A stretch of DNA of 64,000 nucleotides, taken from Nitrosopumilus sp. (GTDB lineage: Archaea; Thermoproteota; Nitrososphaeria; Nitrososphaerales; Nitrosopumilaceae). This document shows positions 20,641 through 31,161 of the stretch, one piece after another. The stretch covers positions 1,792,001 through 1,856,000 of the forward strand of contig OZ250186.1 in NCBI GenBank assembly GCA_965238275.1, written 5' to 3'. Under the pieces are notes generated by a model. The model worked only from the letters and a program-made list of their open reading frames with translations, was not told where the DNA came from and did not search any database. Position numbers and translations under genes: made by a program. How positions within the stretch are numbered: position 1 is the stretch's first letter; each line of letters begins with the position of its first letter.

Positions 20641-21234
20641 ATGGGTAGAAAGGAGAGAAGGGCACGCGAAGAGAAGCGCGAGAATTATGCCACAAAGCAC
20701 ACTGCCCAGAAGAGAAAGAACATGCTGATTGCGATCGGCGTCCTAGGAGTAATTACCGCCATCGTAGTCTATGCTGCCTTTATCTTTGTCACATCTACCG
20801 GGGAGACTCCGGGCGGGCCGTCAAACGCAGGGGTAATGGGAAGTGCCCATGATCATGCAGGCATCCTGGTAAAGATATTCAATGACGAGTTCGACTTTTC
20901 AACGACTTCATACCAGATAAAATCCAACTGGATTCACTTCGAGGGAAGGGACGGAACCACTGTCCACAAGCACGCCACGGGAGTAACATTGGGATTTCTC
21001 TTTGAGACACTCAACATTAGACTCGATGACAAGTGCTATGTGTTCCCGGACGGAAGGGAGTTTTGCACCGACGATGAATACGACCTTAGATTCTTCATCA
21101 ATGGCGAGGAGCTTTCAGACATCAGGGACTATGAGATATTCGAGGACGACAGGATTCTAATCTCATATGGCGCCACGCCAGAACAGCTGGAATCCCAGAT
21201 GCTTCAGATAAGCAACCAGGTCATAGTAAAGTAG
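20641..21234 (+). CDS. Conserved-type thaumarchaeal membrane-anchored protein
   Basis: Basic N-terminus, one transmembrane segment, His-rich domain (HDHA, WIHFE, VHKHA). Confidence 0.8.
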   Translation: MGRKERRAREEKRENYATKHTAQKRKNMLIAIGVLGVITAIVVYAAFIFVTSTGETPGGPSNAGVMGSAHDHAGILVKIFNDEFDFSTTSYQIKSNWIHFEGRDGTTVHKHATGVTLGFLFETLNIRLDDKCYVFPDGREFCTDDEYDLRFFINGEELSDIRDYEIFEDDRILISYGATPEQLESQMLQISNQVIVK

Positions 21235-21327
21235 AACTCGGGTGGTAGCAGCATCATGCCACACACGGGGCGGCGGCAGCTGCTTTTGGGACCAAACGGC
21301 ACAAGGCAAATGTAAATATGACATGTC

Positions 21328-23016
21328 ATGGCTGATGCCATCATGGAGATATCCAGCAGGAACGTGGTGGAGGGAACCGCCAGAGCTCCGCACAGGGCCA
21401 TGTACAAGGCCATGGGGCTTGACGACGATGATCTGGCCAAAAAATTTATCGGCGTATGCCATACCGGAAACGAGGCCACGCCATGCAACATCCACCTTCC
21501 AGAACTGGCCCTCAGGGCAAAGGACGGCGTCAGGGATTCGGGGTGCACGCCAAGGGAGTTTTCAACCATAGCGGTAAGCGACGGGATTGCAATGGGCCAC
21601 GAGGGAATGAAGTCATCACTGGTCTCCCGCGAGGTCATTGCAGACTCGATTGAGCTGATGGTCAGGGCGCACCAGTATGACGCGCTGGTGGGAATTGCAG
21701 GGTGTGACAAGAGCCTGCCTGGAACAATGATGGCAATGGCCAGGCTGGACATTCCGTCCGTGTTTGTCTATGGAGGCACCATCATGCCGGGAATGCTTGA
21801 CGGGAAGGAGCTTACAATAGTTGATGTGTACGAGGCGGTAGGGGCATACGATGCAGGCGACCTTACGCTGGAGGGCCTCAAGAGCATAGAGGACGCTGCA
21901 TGCCCAAACGCAGGATCCTGCGGGGGCATGTTCACTGCAAACACAATGGCCTCCATATCAGAGGCCATAGGTCTTGCGCTGCCAGGAAGTGCCAGCCCCC
22001 CTGCAGAGGACAGCCGACGGGGGAAGATGGTGTATGACACAGGGGCCGCATGCGCCAAACTCCTGGATATGAACATAAGGCCCAGTGACATCCTGACATT
22101 TGAGGCCTTTGAGAATGCAATTACAATGCTAAACTCGGTAGGCGGATCGACAAACGGCATCCTTCACCTACTTGCGCTTGCCGGCGAGGTCGGAATAGAC
22201 CTGACGTATGATGACTTTGAGAGGATTCGAAGGAGAACCCCACACCTGGCAGACATGAAGCCGGGGGGAAGCTATGTGATGAACTCGCTGGACAAGATAG
22301 GGGGAATTCCGCTTGTCCTAAAAAAGCTGCTTGAAAAGGGGCTCATCCACGGCCAGTGCATGACTGTAACCGGGAGAACCATCAGGGACAACATCATGCA
22401 GGCAGACATTGCAGAGCCAGAGCAGCGCATTGTAAGACCGGTGACAGATCCCATCCACGCAGAGGGGACTGCACTCATACTAAGAGGGAGTCTGGCACCG
22501 GATGGGGCAGTAATCAAGACGGCAGGCGTGGAAATGTCAGAGTTTACTGGAAGGGCCCGCGTCTTTGACAGGGAAGAGGTAGCATTTGATGCAGTCTCAA
22601 AAGGCATGATAGGCGAGGGGGACGTTGTGGTGATTAGGTACGAGGGGCCAAAGGGAGGTCCCGGAATGAGGGAGATGCTTGCAACCACTGCGGCGCTTGT
22701 AGGGCAGGGACTTGGCAGGAAGGTTGCCATGGTGACTGACGGAAGGTTTTCAGGAGGCACGCGCGGGTTCATGGTGGGCCATGTGGCCCCCGAGGCGTAC
22801 GTGGGAGGAGCAATAGCACTTGTCAGAGACGATGACAGGATTACAATCAACATCAACACCAACACCATCGATCTCCACGTATCCCCTGACGAGATTCAGA
22901 AGAGGAGACGCATGTGGAGTCCCCCAAAACCCAACTACACGACAGGCGCGCTTGCAAAATACGCCACGCTGGTAGGCTCCGCGGCCCAGGGCGCCACAAC
23001 CAGGCCGAACCTGTAA
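21328..23016 (+). CDS. ilvD: Dihydroxy-acid dehydratase
   Basis: PCNIHL, CDKSLPG, CGGMFTANTM, GGSTN, GPGMREM and TDGRFSGG motifs. Confidence 0.97.
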   Translation: MADAIMEISSRNVVEGTARAPHRAMYKAMGLDDDDLAKKFIGVCHTGNEATPCNIHLPELALRAKDGVRDSGCTPREFSTIAVSDGIAMGHEGMKSSLVSREVIADSIELMVRAHQYDALVGIAGCDKSLPGTMMAMARLDIPSVFVYGGTIMPGMLDGKELTIVDVYEAVGAYDAGDLTLEGLKSIEDAACPNAGSCGGMFTANTMASISEAIGLALPGSASPPAEDSRRGKMVYDTGAACAKLLDMNIRPSDILTFEAFENAITMLNSVGGSTNGILHLLALAGEVGIDLTYDDFERIRRRTPHLADMKPGGSYVMNSLDKIGGIPLVLKKLLEKGLIHGQCMTVTGRTIRDNIMQADIAEPEQRIVRPVTDPIHAEGTALILRGSLAPDGAVIKTAGVEMSEFTGRARVFDREEVAFDAVSKGMIGEGDVVVIRYEGPKGGPGMREMLATTAALVGQGLGRKVAMVTDGRFSGGTRGFMVGHVAPEAYVGGAIALVRDDDRITININTNTIDLHVSPDEIQKRRRMWSPPKPNYTTGALAKYATLVGSAAQGATTRPNL

Positions 23017-23120
23017 CGAAACGGATCGCCTGCAGTCCAGAACACGGATTGGCGCAGAGGCATGACCGTGTTCGTTTTTCAGCACACAAGGCACGCGGGG
23101 AGTAGCTCCCCATTATTCTT

Positions 23121-23390
23121 GTGCCGGCACGCTACACAAGCTCGCTCTGTGCGGAATGCGGGGGGAAGGTACGCCTCAGACGCAGACGCAGGATACACTG
23201 CAGGACGTGTGGCACACTCGCAGACAGGGATGAAAACGCGAGTAAGAACACACTCTTTCGTGGCCCCGGGACCCGGGCCAGACTGGGCGCATGTGAGACG
23301 ATGGTGAAGGAATTCCCTGGCGGGGCAGTACGACTAGTCGATGTTTGCTCAATGCAGAAAGGTGCGTATCTGCGCATCAATTACGCATAA
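23121..23390 (+). pseudogene. tnpB: C-terminal remnant of an IS200/IS605-type TnpB
   Basis: YTSSLCAECG...CRTCG...DRDENASKN, i.e. zinc ribbon plus RuvC-III only. Confidence 0.8.
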
Positions 23391-25080
23391 GGCCCATTCC
23401 CAAAACGTCGCGGTATGCAGCAGGGATCATCTTATGCGCACGAAACAGGATGGTGTTTACGGCCTTGTCAAGTACGTAGGTCCTCGCCCAGTCATCCTCG
23501 CTCCGAATCGAGCGCCCAAATCCCTGCAACAGCTTGATGAGTGTCTGGGACTGGTACCAGAGGGGAAATCTCTTCATCTTTGCCTGGACCCGATTCTCGG
23601 CGAAGCTTGGATAGGGGATCTTTGCAATGATTTGAAACCGGGACAGATCATCCTTCAGATCCACACCCTCCCACAGGGAGGACGAAAGCAGCACTCCGGT
23701 GGGATCTGTGGCATGCTCGGAGAGTACCTCACTTTGGGTCTTGCCGTTCCTGTTTTTGCTGTGACAGATTCGAACCCTCCGGGCATTCCTAGGAGAGAGG
23801 TTCATTAGAATCTTGTAGCACCTTGGAATCGACGAGGTCAGGATCAGTCCCCGCTGGTCTGAATGGTTCTCAAGAATCTCATCGATGGTCCTGATGACTG
23901 CAAGCTCGTCATCCTCGGTGGAGCGGTAATTGAGCTGCCTGACATTGAGCATCTCTATGCTCCGGTGTTCCATTGGAAACGGGGATCTTGGGGTGTCGAT
24001 AAACGCAACATCCTTGGGATCCATCCCCATGTTCTCACAAAAGCTTGACTTGTCAACTGTTGCAGACATGAACAGCTGGTACTCGGTATCAAAGAACTCG
24101 TTTGTGAATTTTGAGATGTCGATGGGCTTTACGGACAGGGAGTCAAAGCTTCCGTCCTGATGGCGTGCAGGCCTGCCTGCCACAAAGTTGTCCTTGTCCC
24201 TTAGTATGTCAATTCTGGCCTGTGCTGCCCGGTCATACTGCCTTTCAAGCCTGGTCACCAGTTCATAGTCGGGATTGTTCCGGAATGACGGGCTCTCCTT
24301 GACATTCCTGATCTTTTTAGAGTATGACTGGGCAATATCGTCAAGCATTCCCGTTACCGAGTCCAGATCATCCAAGGCATACCGGTCAGGGTTGATTCTG
24401 CATTCCTCAGTCTGCCAGTGGGAGATCTCAACGCCCACAAACTGGATTATCTGGTCCTCTATCTTGTGCGCCTCGTCAAAGATGGACACCTTTCGGTCCA
24501 GGTATGGCTCGAAGAGCTTCTTGTTGTACTTCATTATCTGAAAGAATGAATGATAGTTCCACAGGGAGTGCGGGGATGCCAGCGCATGATACTTTTGCAG
24601 GTAGTAGTGGCACGACCCCGAATCATGCATTCCGGCCACGACATCGGCGATGGCCGGCTTGAACTTGCACACCTCGACGAACTCCTTGCCTTCCTTTACC
24701 CTGCGCTCGACACACTGCCCCTTCTGGCACGTCAGCCCCGCCTGCATGGCCATTTTTGAATCCTCGACCTTCTTTACAGACATGAGTTTGAGGCACGGAA
24801 AGTTCTGCTTTCCCTTTACGGGTTTTAGGAACGGAAGATCCTGGGCATACTGATCCTGAAGGCTCTTTGTAGCCGTTACAATAAACGACCTTCCAAAGTG
24901 TTCAGATACGGTAACGCCGACAAGCGACTTGCCTATTCCCGTGGGCGCGCACAGAAGAATCTTCTTGTATCCAGAACCAATGCTCTGGTCAATCCTAGAG
25001 AGGATCTCCTTTTGAATCTCCCTGGGCACAAACTGCCTTGGAAATTTTGTAATCAGTGACAGGATTTTTGATGTTTGCAT
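23377..25080 (-). CDS. DinG/Rad3-family SF2 DNA helicase
   Basis: APTGIGKS, Cys cluster, DEAH, SAT, LWEGVD and QGFGRSIRS motifs. Confidence 0.92.
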   Translation of the reverse strand: MQTSKILSLITKFPRQFVPREIQKEILSRIDQSIGSGYKKILLCAPTGIGKSLVGVTVSEHFGRSFIVTATKSLQDQYAQDLPFLKPVKGKQNFPCLKLMSVKKVEDSKMAMQAGLTCQKGQCVERRVKEGKEFVEVCKFKPAIADVVAGMHDSGSCHYYLQKYHALASPHSLWNYHSFFQIMKYNKKLFEPYLDRKVSIFDEAHKIEDQIIQFVGVEISHWQTEECRINPDRYALDDLDSVTGMLDDIAQSYSKKIRNVKESPSFRNNPDYELVTRLERQYDRAAQARIDILRDKDNFVAGRPARHQDGSFDSLSVKPIDISKFTNEFFDTEYQLFMSATVDKSSFCENMGMDPKDVAFIDTPRSPFPMEHRSIEMLNVRQLNYRSTEDDELAVIRTIDEILENHSDQRGLILTSSIPRCYKILMNLSPRNARRVRICHSKNRNGKTQSEVLSEHATDPTGVLLSSSLWEGVDLKDDLSRFQIIAKIPYPSFAENRVQAKMKRFPLWYQSQTLIKLLQGFGRSIRSEDDWARTYVLDKAVNTILFRAHKMIPAAYRDVLGMGLMRN

Positions 25081-25094
25081 TCGATATTAAAAGT

Positions 25095-25400
25095 ATGAAG
25101 ATTTGGGGCGTCATGCCGGAGGGGTTGCTGGAAAGAAGCTTTGCCGAGCAGAGATTCAATGCAGGCAGGGGATACGACTCGGACAGCAACTGCGAGGCCG
25201 TCTTTGCGCTGGGCATGCTGCCCAACATCAAGCAGAGAATGTATGCAAAGAGCAGGGACAAAAGATTCAGAACAAGGGCCGCAGAGATCTTTGAACCCAG
25301 TACTCACAAGAGACGCGGGATGATAGGGGGGGGATCATTGGGCAGGGGAGACCGAACACCACCAGTTGTACCGTGGGTTCCGGAAGAAAGCAAACCAGAG
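25095..25400 (+). pseudogene. Degraded DDE transposase fragment
   Basis: FNAGRGYDSDSNCEAVFALGMLPNIKQR...HKRRGMI resembles decayed DxGYD and YxxRxxIE motifs. Confidence 0.55.
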
Positions 25401-25506
25401 GAAATTCGGACTGTTCAATGCAATCGGCTGGAACCCGGAGGTTCTCAACAGGATGGAGTGTACCAAGGAATTGCGACATAGCATAATATATGCATAAGTC
25501 GATTTA

Positions 25507-26795
25507 CAGTCTTCCCAGAAGTGACTCAGGGTAGTACCGGCGGTGGGGGCTCGGGCGGCTCTTTGTAGCCAAATACGATCAGCAACAGCATCATATCCCG
25601 AAGATCCTGCTGGGTGATCAGGGGATCCGTGGGATAAATCCCGATACGGTGCATCAGTGTCGCGTTTGCCATTACCCATGCGTTAAAGACGGTTACAGAG
25701 TACACAAAGCACAGTAGTCGCGCCGCCGGATTCTTGCTGTGCGTCTTGGCCCTTGTGTTTTCTATCATCCGGTATCCAGTCTCTATGCCCCACCTGTTCC
25801 CGTACGAGTCCGGATCCACGTCGGGTGCGTTGGTGGCAAACCCGATGTATCTCTCGTGTGGTAGCAGCTCGCCGTCGTCCTTTCTTTTCTTCTTCTTCCT
25901 TTCTGTGATGGTCATCGTGTACGGCACCTCCTTGCCGTCGCCCCCGGTGATGACGGATTCAGAGACCCGACTGCGTTTGCCTGCCGCAAACTCTGCGATG
26001 GCATCCACCACCGGATCTGTGTTCTTGCACGGCACCATGTATTTGATGCCCATGTCCCCAAGCGTTCCCATTACGCCTGCCGTAAAGAACTCCCTGTCAA
26101 GCATCGCCATCCCGATGCAGGCTCCCGCATCCTGCGCAATACCGATGATTTTACGCACGAAATCGGCAGTATCCTCGAGTGACGGCATGTCCAGGACGCC
26201 TAGCACGAGGCGACGGTTCTGGTCAATGCACTGTATCGTGATGTACCTCTCAAAGATGTGCGTCCCGTCCTTGGCTTTTGAGCGCACCAGCTCTACCCCG
26301 TATCTCTTGTCGTATCTGGGTATCAGGTGCATGTCGATTGCCACGTCAATCTCCTGGCCTTTCTTGAGTAGTCTCATCTCGCGCAGCTGGCCAATCTGCA
26401 GGGACACCGTCCTGGCAAAGCATTTGTAGATGTCGCTGCCACGCGTCTTGGATGCCACGTCGCGCATCCACTCGTCACTTGGGCGTGAGTCCCCGTCTGC
26501 ACTGCCGATTCTTTTGGAGGATCTGGCGCATCCGGCTACCTGCCTGCCGTGTGCGCACGCGCCTGCCATGCTCCTGTGAAAATCCTCGGTGCCGTAGATG
26601 ACGTTGTACCTGCGTGAGACCACGATGCATGGAGACATGCCGATCCCTACCGTGTCTAGGACACCTTGATATATGCGCGGGTTGTTAAGCATGTCACGTC
26701 TCAGTTGGTTCATTGGTTGTTCGATGACCTTCTGGGACTGCCCTAATTGATCTGTTGTGGTTTTGGGTTGTTTTCAGGCACTTCTGGGAAGACTG
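25507..26795 (-). mobile_element. Complete ISH3-family (IS4-like) insertion sequence
   Basis: 17-bp perfect TIR CAGTCTTCCCAGAAGTG (25507-25523 and 26779-26795); 5-bp target duplication ATTTA (25502-25506 and 26796-26800). Confidence 0.92.
25526..26713 (-). CDS. ISH3-family transposase
   Basis: VAIDMH, LDREF and YGNRWGIETGYR motifs. Confidence 0.88.
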   Translation of the reverse strand: MNQLRRDMLNNPRIYQGVLDTVGIGMSPCIVVSRRYNVIYGTEDFHRSMAGACAHGRQVAGCARSSKRIGSADGDSRPSDEWMRDVASKTRGSDIYKCFARTVSLQIGQLREMRLLKKGQEIDVAIDMHLIPRYDKRYGVELVRSKAKDGTHIFERYITIQCIDQNRRLVLGVLDMPSLEDTADFVRKIIGIAQDAGACIGMAMLDREFFTAGVMGTLGDMGIKYMVPCKNTDPVVDAIAEFAAGKRSRVSESVITGGDGKEVPYTMTITERKKKKRKDDGELLPHERYIGFATNAPDVDPDSYGNRWGIETGYRMIENTRAKTHSKNPAARLLCFVYSVTVFNAWVMANATLMHRIGIYPTDPLITQQDLRDMMLLLIVFGYKEPPEPPPPVLP

Positions 26796-26870
26796 ATTTA
26801 CGCAACAATTCTCCTGTTCCAGAGATAAAACAGGATATAAAAAGGAAAACGATTAATTCAAGATACGTGC

Positions 26871-27050
26871 ATGAAAGTCATGCATCAATGCTATTATTGT
26901 GAACAGCTGTTCGAATCAAAGGAAAAGTTGTACGAGCACCTAGAGGTACACTCAGATAACGACAGAGACAGGGAAGCAGAGAACAGAGACAAGGGTGTGG
27001 AGAGTAGAAAGAAGAGTACCAAGACAAAAGGCAAAACCAAGACAAAGTGA
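26871..27050 (+). CDS. Small C2H2 zinc-finger protein (59 aa; absent from the ORF track)
   Basis: Manual translation gives MKVMHQCYYCEQLFESKEKLYEHLEVHSDNDRDREAENRDKGVESRKKSTKTKGKTKTK, with a C-x2-C-x12-H-x3-H pattern. Confidence 0.8.
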   Translation: MKVMHQCYYCEQLFESKEKLYEHLEVHSDNDRDREAENRDKGVESRKKSTKTKGKTKTK

Positions 27051-27083
27051 TTTATTCAGAAGGCATGTATGGGATGGTTCCAG

Positions 27084-27623
27084 TCATGGGGTTCTCAGCC
27101 CTGCAAAGACTGCGTCGTACTCTGACTGCCTTTTGGGGTTGTGGCCAAAGTCCGTATCTGCATCATACTTTTGGCGCCTCTGCTCGAGGGTGTTTTTCAG
27201 GGACTCGGCATCGCCTGCAATCATCCGTCCCGAGTCAGACCTGGCAAACTGCTTTCTCTGCTCCTCGTTTTGCCCCCGTGTTGGAAACGCCCTTCCGTCA
27301 AACCTGTGCCGTACCATCCCAATATTCTCTCGGACCACCAATTCTGCCAGATCAAAGTGTCCCTGCTCATGCCGCAACAGGCTGGCATCGGATTGGGATA
27401 TTCTGACCCATGACAGCTGCCTGTGAAACTCTACGGAGATCTGTATGTCCCGTACGATAAACACGACATCGCCTCCAACCTGCTCAGAGTCCACCACCCA
27501 TGTAGGCCTGTACCGGATTATGCTGTGCGAATCCTCATAGACTGAAGGGTTGGACTCTGCCTTGAAGTCAGACCACGAAAGAAACGAGTCCTTGGACCAG
27601 ACAACTATGTCATTCTCACTCAT
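27084..27623 (-). CDS. DUF922-like putative zinc-dependent protease
   Basis: LSWSDFK, LLRHEQGHFDLAE and YDADTDFG motifs. Confidence 0.75.
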   Translation of the reverse strand: MSENDIVVWSKDSFLSWSDFKAESNPSVYEDSHSIIRYRPTWVVDSEQVGGDVVFIVRDIQISVEFHRQLSWVRISQSDASLLRHEQGHFDLAELVVRENIGMVRHRFDGRAFPTRGQNEEQRKQFARSDSGRMIAGDAESLKNTLEQRRQKYDADTDFGHNPKRQSEYDAVFAGLRTP

Positions 27624-27992
27624 GACCCAGATTCATTTTGAGCTTGAACCGCTTATATGGCTTTGCCGGCGACTCGAAATCTGTCAGGACATGCAGATTC
27701 GACAAGCAATCATCATGCCCGGTTTGGCCGACAGCCGACGTATGTGCATCCGGCTCATGATCGGCAGCAGACACAAGACAGACCGATCCCCTTAACATGG
27801 CCGTACCTGCCGCAGACCGAATCCCGGCAGCGGGTGATAATTCAGGGCGAACCCTTTTCAGGCTGCAGACAGCACCATCATGTCCTGATTGCAGCGGTGT
27901 CTACAGTCACACTACAGCGAAACGCCAGCCGTGGAGGCTGCCAACCGGTGCCAGACTCCAAACTATTAATCCCGTGCATCCAGACACACATC

Positions 27993-28070
27993 ATGAACAG
28001 CAGGTTTTATTTCTGGATGGGGATCTCGATAGCCGCATTAGCTGCAGGATTCATCATACTGTTTTCATGA
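27993..28070 (+). CDS. Putative 25-aa single-TM micropeptide
   Basis: MNSRFYFWMGISIAALAAGFIILFS, with a TATTAA box about 29 bp upstream. Confidence 0.45.
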   Translation: MNSRFYFWMGISIAALAAGFIILFS

Positions 28071-28474
28071 CACTGTTTCAGGATGCCCTGCCGGCAGGCG
28101 CGCCTCTGCATGCATGGACTAACTCCCGAATCATTCGGACACGCCCTGACGAGTACGACGCAGCGCATGGGGGCATTACCCGGGCAGGATTATTGCCATA
28201 GTTTTCAGTTTGATTTTTTGTTCACGGACCCGTCCCATGTCAGGCCCGAACGCGCAGTCAGCACCACGCGTGCCAGGCCAGGGAGTGCACAGTCACATGC
28301 CAGGACCGATACTGCCACAAGCATGTGCTCTGACTTTAGCACGGTTCACATTCATCCGGATGCAGTCATGATTCTGCATACGGCAGCAGAATGGTTCTGA
28401 GAGGACTTCAAAGATGCCTGTGCGGGCCGAATCACAATAAATCAGCTAAAATACTAGAACGAATTGAAAGATGC

Positions 28475-28825
28475 ATGGAAGGCAGGAGGCCGTTTAAAGG
28501 ATACAGGCGAAAGGAGTCGTTCCTTACCATCGAGCAAAAGGTCGAACAGTTTGTGCTGAGAAACTCCAGAAACGGTTTCTTTACCAGAATCTCAACAGTC
28601 CAAAGCAAGTTTGAGGTTTCAGAGGAAAGGACATGGGAGATTGTAGGTGAATTGCTGGCAAACGGCTCACTGGAATCCACGCACGATCCCGGTACAGGAG
28701 AGATGAAGCTCTGCGAGATAGACAAGACGTATTCAATAATGGGCACAAAACGAAGGAAGCAGAAATATGACAAGAGGGGTTCAAAGAAACCCTCCCCAAA
28801 ATCAGGCTCTGGCCTCACGCGATAA
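28475..28825 (+). CDS. Hypothetical protein, possibly winged-helix
   Basis: ATG at 28475; helix-turn-helix-like core and basic termini. Confidence 0.65.
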   Translation: MEGRRPFKGYRRKESFLTIEQKVEQFVLRNSRNGFFTRISTVQSKFEVSEERTWEIVGELLANGSLESTHDPGTGEMKLCEIDKTYSIMGTKRRKQKYDKRGSKKPSPKSGSGLTR

Positions 28826-29327
28826 CTCAGGCGGAACCGCCGTCAGGACTACTCGTGACGCATGCCAGGCAGGCTATGGAACCGGACTTTCGCCGTGTTT
28901 GCCGGCGGGGGATGTATCAGCACATGCCAGGCAGGGTGCAAATCCTACACATTCGGGATGATTGATGGCGGGCATGTATCTGTGACACACAATGTATCTT
29001 TATTGAACATTTGATTGGTTAATATAAATATTCTATATGGTTGTTTAGAAATTTATCCAAACAGTTTATCAACTGTCTCATGCAACATATGTTATGAGGG
29101 GAGTAGAGATTATCAGAAACATACGTGAAAAGTGCCAGTCATGCATGCAGGCATCAGTGTATTGTGACTGCATATGTTCCTATTGCGGCAGTAAGGAATA
29201 CTGCGAATGCGACGCGCTGCCGCAGCCGATCCTGCCATAATTTTTTTGCGTGGCGGGCAAAATTTTGAGTCAGCGGCTAGAAAAAATTTACCCCTGCTGT
29301 GTAATATCAACTGGGTAAGCATATCTC

Positions 29328-29540
29328 ATGTCTATAATGGAGGCGTACGATTTCAAGGCACGAAAAAAGGTGCCAATAAAAGACCCACAGCCATACCTCA
29401 TGAACAACGGCATGTGGGCAATCAGGGGCACTAGCTCTGAGACTGGAACAACGGTGTTTAGAATTGTCGGAAAGACAAAACCGTCACTGCAACAGTCAAG
29501 ATTCGGTGCATTCAAGAAGATCTTTACGAGCCAAAGATGA
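29328..29540 (+). CDS. Small basic DUF5679-like protein lacking the cysteines
   Basis: MEAYDFKARKKVPIKDP...MNNG.WAIRGTSSETGTTVFRI follows the DUF5679 pattern by eye. Confidence 0.65.
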   Translation: MSIMEAYDFKARKKVPIKDPQPYLMNNGMWAIRGTSSETGTTVFRIVGKTKPSLQQSRFGAFKKIFTSQR

Positions 29541-29560
29541 GAATGCGCAAAATCATGCTA

Positions 29561-31161
29561 TAGTGAAAAGCGAAAGTTCGTGCAATTTTTTGAGATCCTT
29601 TTTAAGAAAATAAATCCCAACTACAGAGACATAATCCGTAATAGGCAGTTTTGGGTCATTTCGTGCCTAGCATCTATTCCCACTTTGTGCCTAACGACTA
29701 ATTACGGATTACGTCTCAGGTATGATTGTCAGTAAAATCATCAAGATAACACAATCTCGGGAACTGTCACGCAAGATCGTGAAATGCTCCCGGGAAACAG
29801 ACATCATTTACGACATGACAATCATGATGAAACTTGCACACTCACGGATCACACAGTTTGATGTCAACAACCTGATAACAGGATGGCGCAGGGAATTCAA
29901 CCTGACCAACAGCGTCCGCATGCATGAGGCCGCCTCAAAACAGGCTTTCCAGGCGGCAGTCAAATTCCGCAAGGCAAACCGGCTCAAGCACAACAAGCGC
30001 ATCTGGCGCAAGAAGCAGATCAAGCTGGGGAAAAAGAAGACGTACAAGCACAATCGGTGGACCGAGCCGTCCAGCCTGATGAGGCGCGGCAGGAAAACAA
30101 CCAGGCTGCGCTCGCTGAATTCACGCGGAAAGCCAAAACTGCGAGACAGTGGGGCGGTATTTCTGCCCGGACTCGGGGAAGCAAGGCCACGCACGAAGGT
30201 TCCAGAAGGCAGGCTCGTGTCGTTCCAGATGATTGACGCCACAGGCAAGGTCACGCGTAAGACCAAGGATGGTGATCGCGAATTCAAACTGCATTTGCAG
30301 ATAGAAGTCCCAGACCCCGAACCCGCGACAGGCGGTGGCCGCGGATGCAAGGCAGGGCTGGATCTTGGAGTCAGGCACCTTGCGGCAGTCGCAGACGAGC
30401 ATGGGAACGAAAAACTGCACAATGTCCCCGGAGGCTGCAAGAGGCATGACGGCGACAGGATTGATCAGCTGAAATCACTTAGATCAAGATGCCAGGCAGG
30501 CTCCAGAAGATGGAAAGAGATCGGCCGCAAGGTAACGCATGAATTGAAAAAGATATCAAACAGGCAAAAACACAACGAGATCGACATTGCCAGGCGGATA
30601 ACAAAAGGACTGTCCGTATTGTTCCTGGAAGACCTGGATTTGACCAAGATGAGGCGATCCTGCGGGGCGGCTTCAAAGACGGGGTTGAACCGCGAGATGG
30701 CCTATTCCAGAATGGGCGAGTTCAGGATCCAGCTTGAATGGCAGATGAAAAAGAAAGGCGGAATTTCAAGACGCGTGGAACACGCACATACAAGCCAGAG
30801 GTGCGCTGCCTGCGGGGTAGTGGACAAGAAATCCAGGAACGGCGAATCATTTGTCTGCGTCTCATGCGGATGGTGCCACCATGCCGACAAGAACGCGGCA
30901 AAAAACATTTTGGATAATGACTGTCTCCATACGGAGGAGACTGGCGGCCAAGCCCACGGGAATCGTGGAGGCACCATTGCAGGTGTCGAGGTCGTCACAA
31001 GGCGCGAGGATCACGGATCGGATGGTTCTGGAATGAACAATTCGACAGGTCGGCTTGGACCCGGCAACGACGACAATATTGGAAGGTCTGACAGAGCGCC
31101 GGAAAGAGCATCAGGACACGCTACAGAGAGATCTGTTTGCACGAACTTTCGCTCGCCGCTA
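29561..31161 (+). mobile_element. tnpB-only element with terminal inverted repeats and flanking TA (copy 1)
   Basis: Left end TAGTGAAAAGCGAAAGTTCGTGCAA (29561-29585) versus reverse-complemented right end TAGCGGCGAGCGAAAGTTCGTGCAA (31137-31161), 21/25 identical; TA at 29559-29560 and 31162-31163. Confidence 0.8.

Noticed and set aside
28980-29110. AT-rich stretch as a possible replication origin
   Set aside because: No ORB repeats and no adjacent cdc6/orc1 gene.
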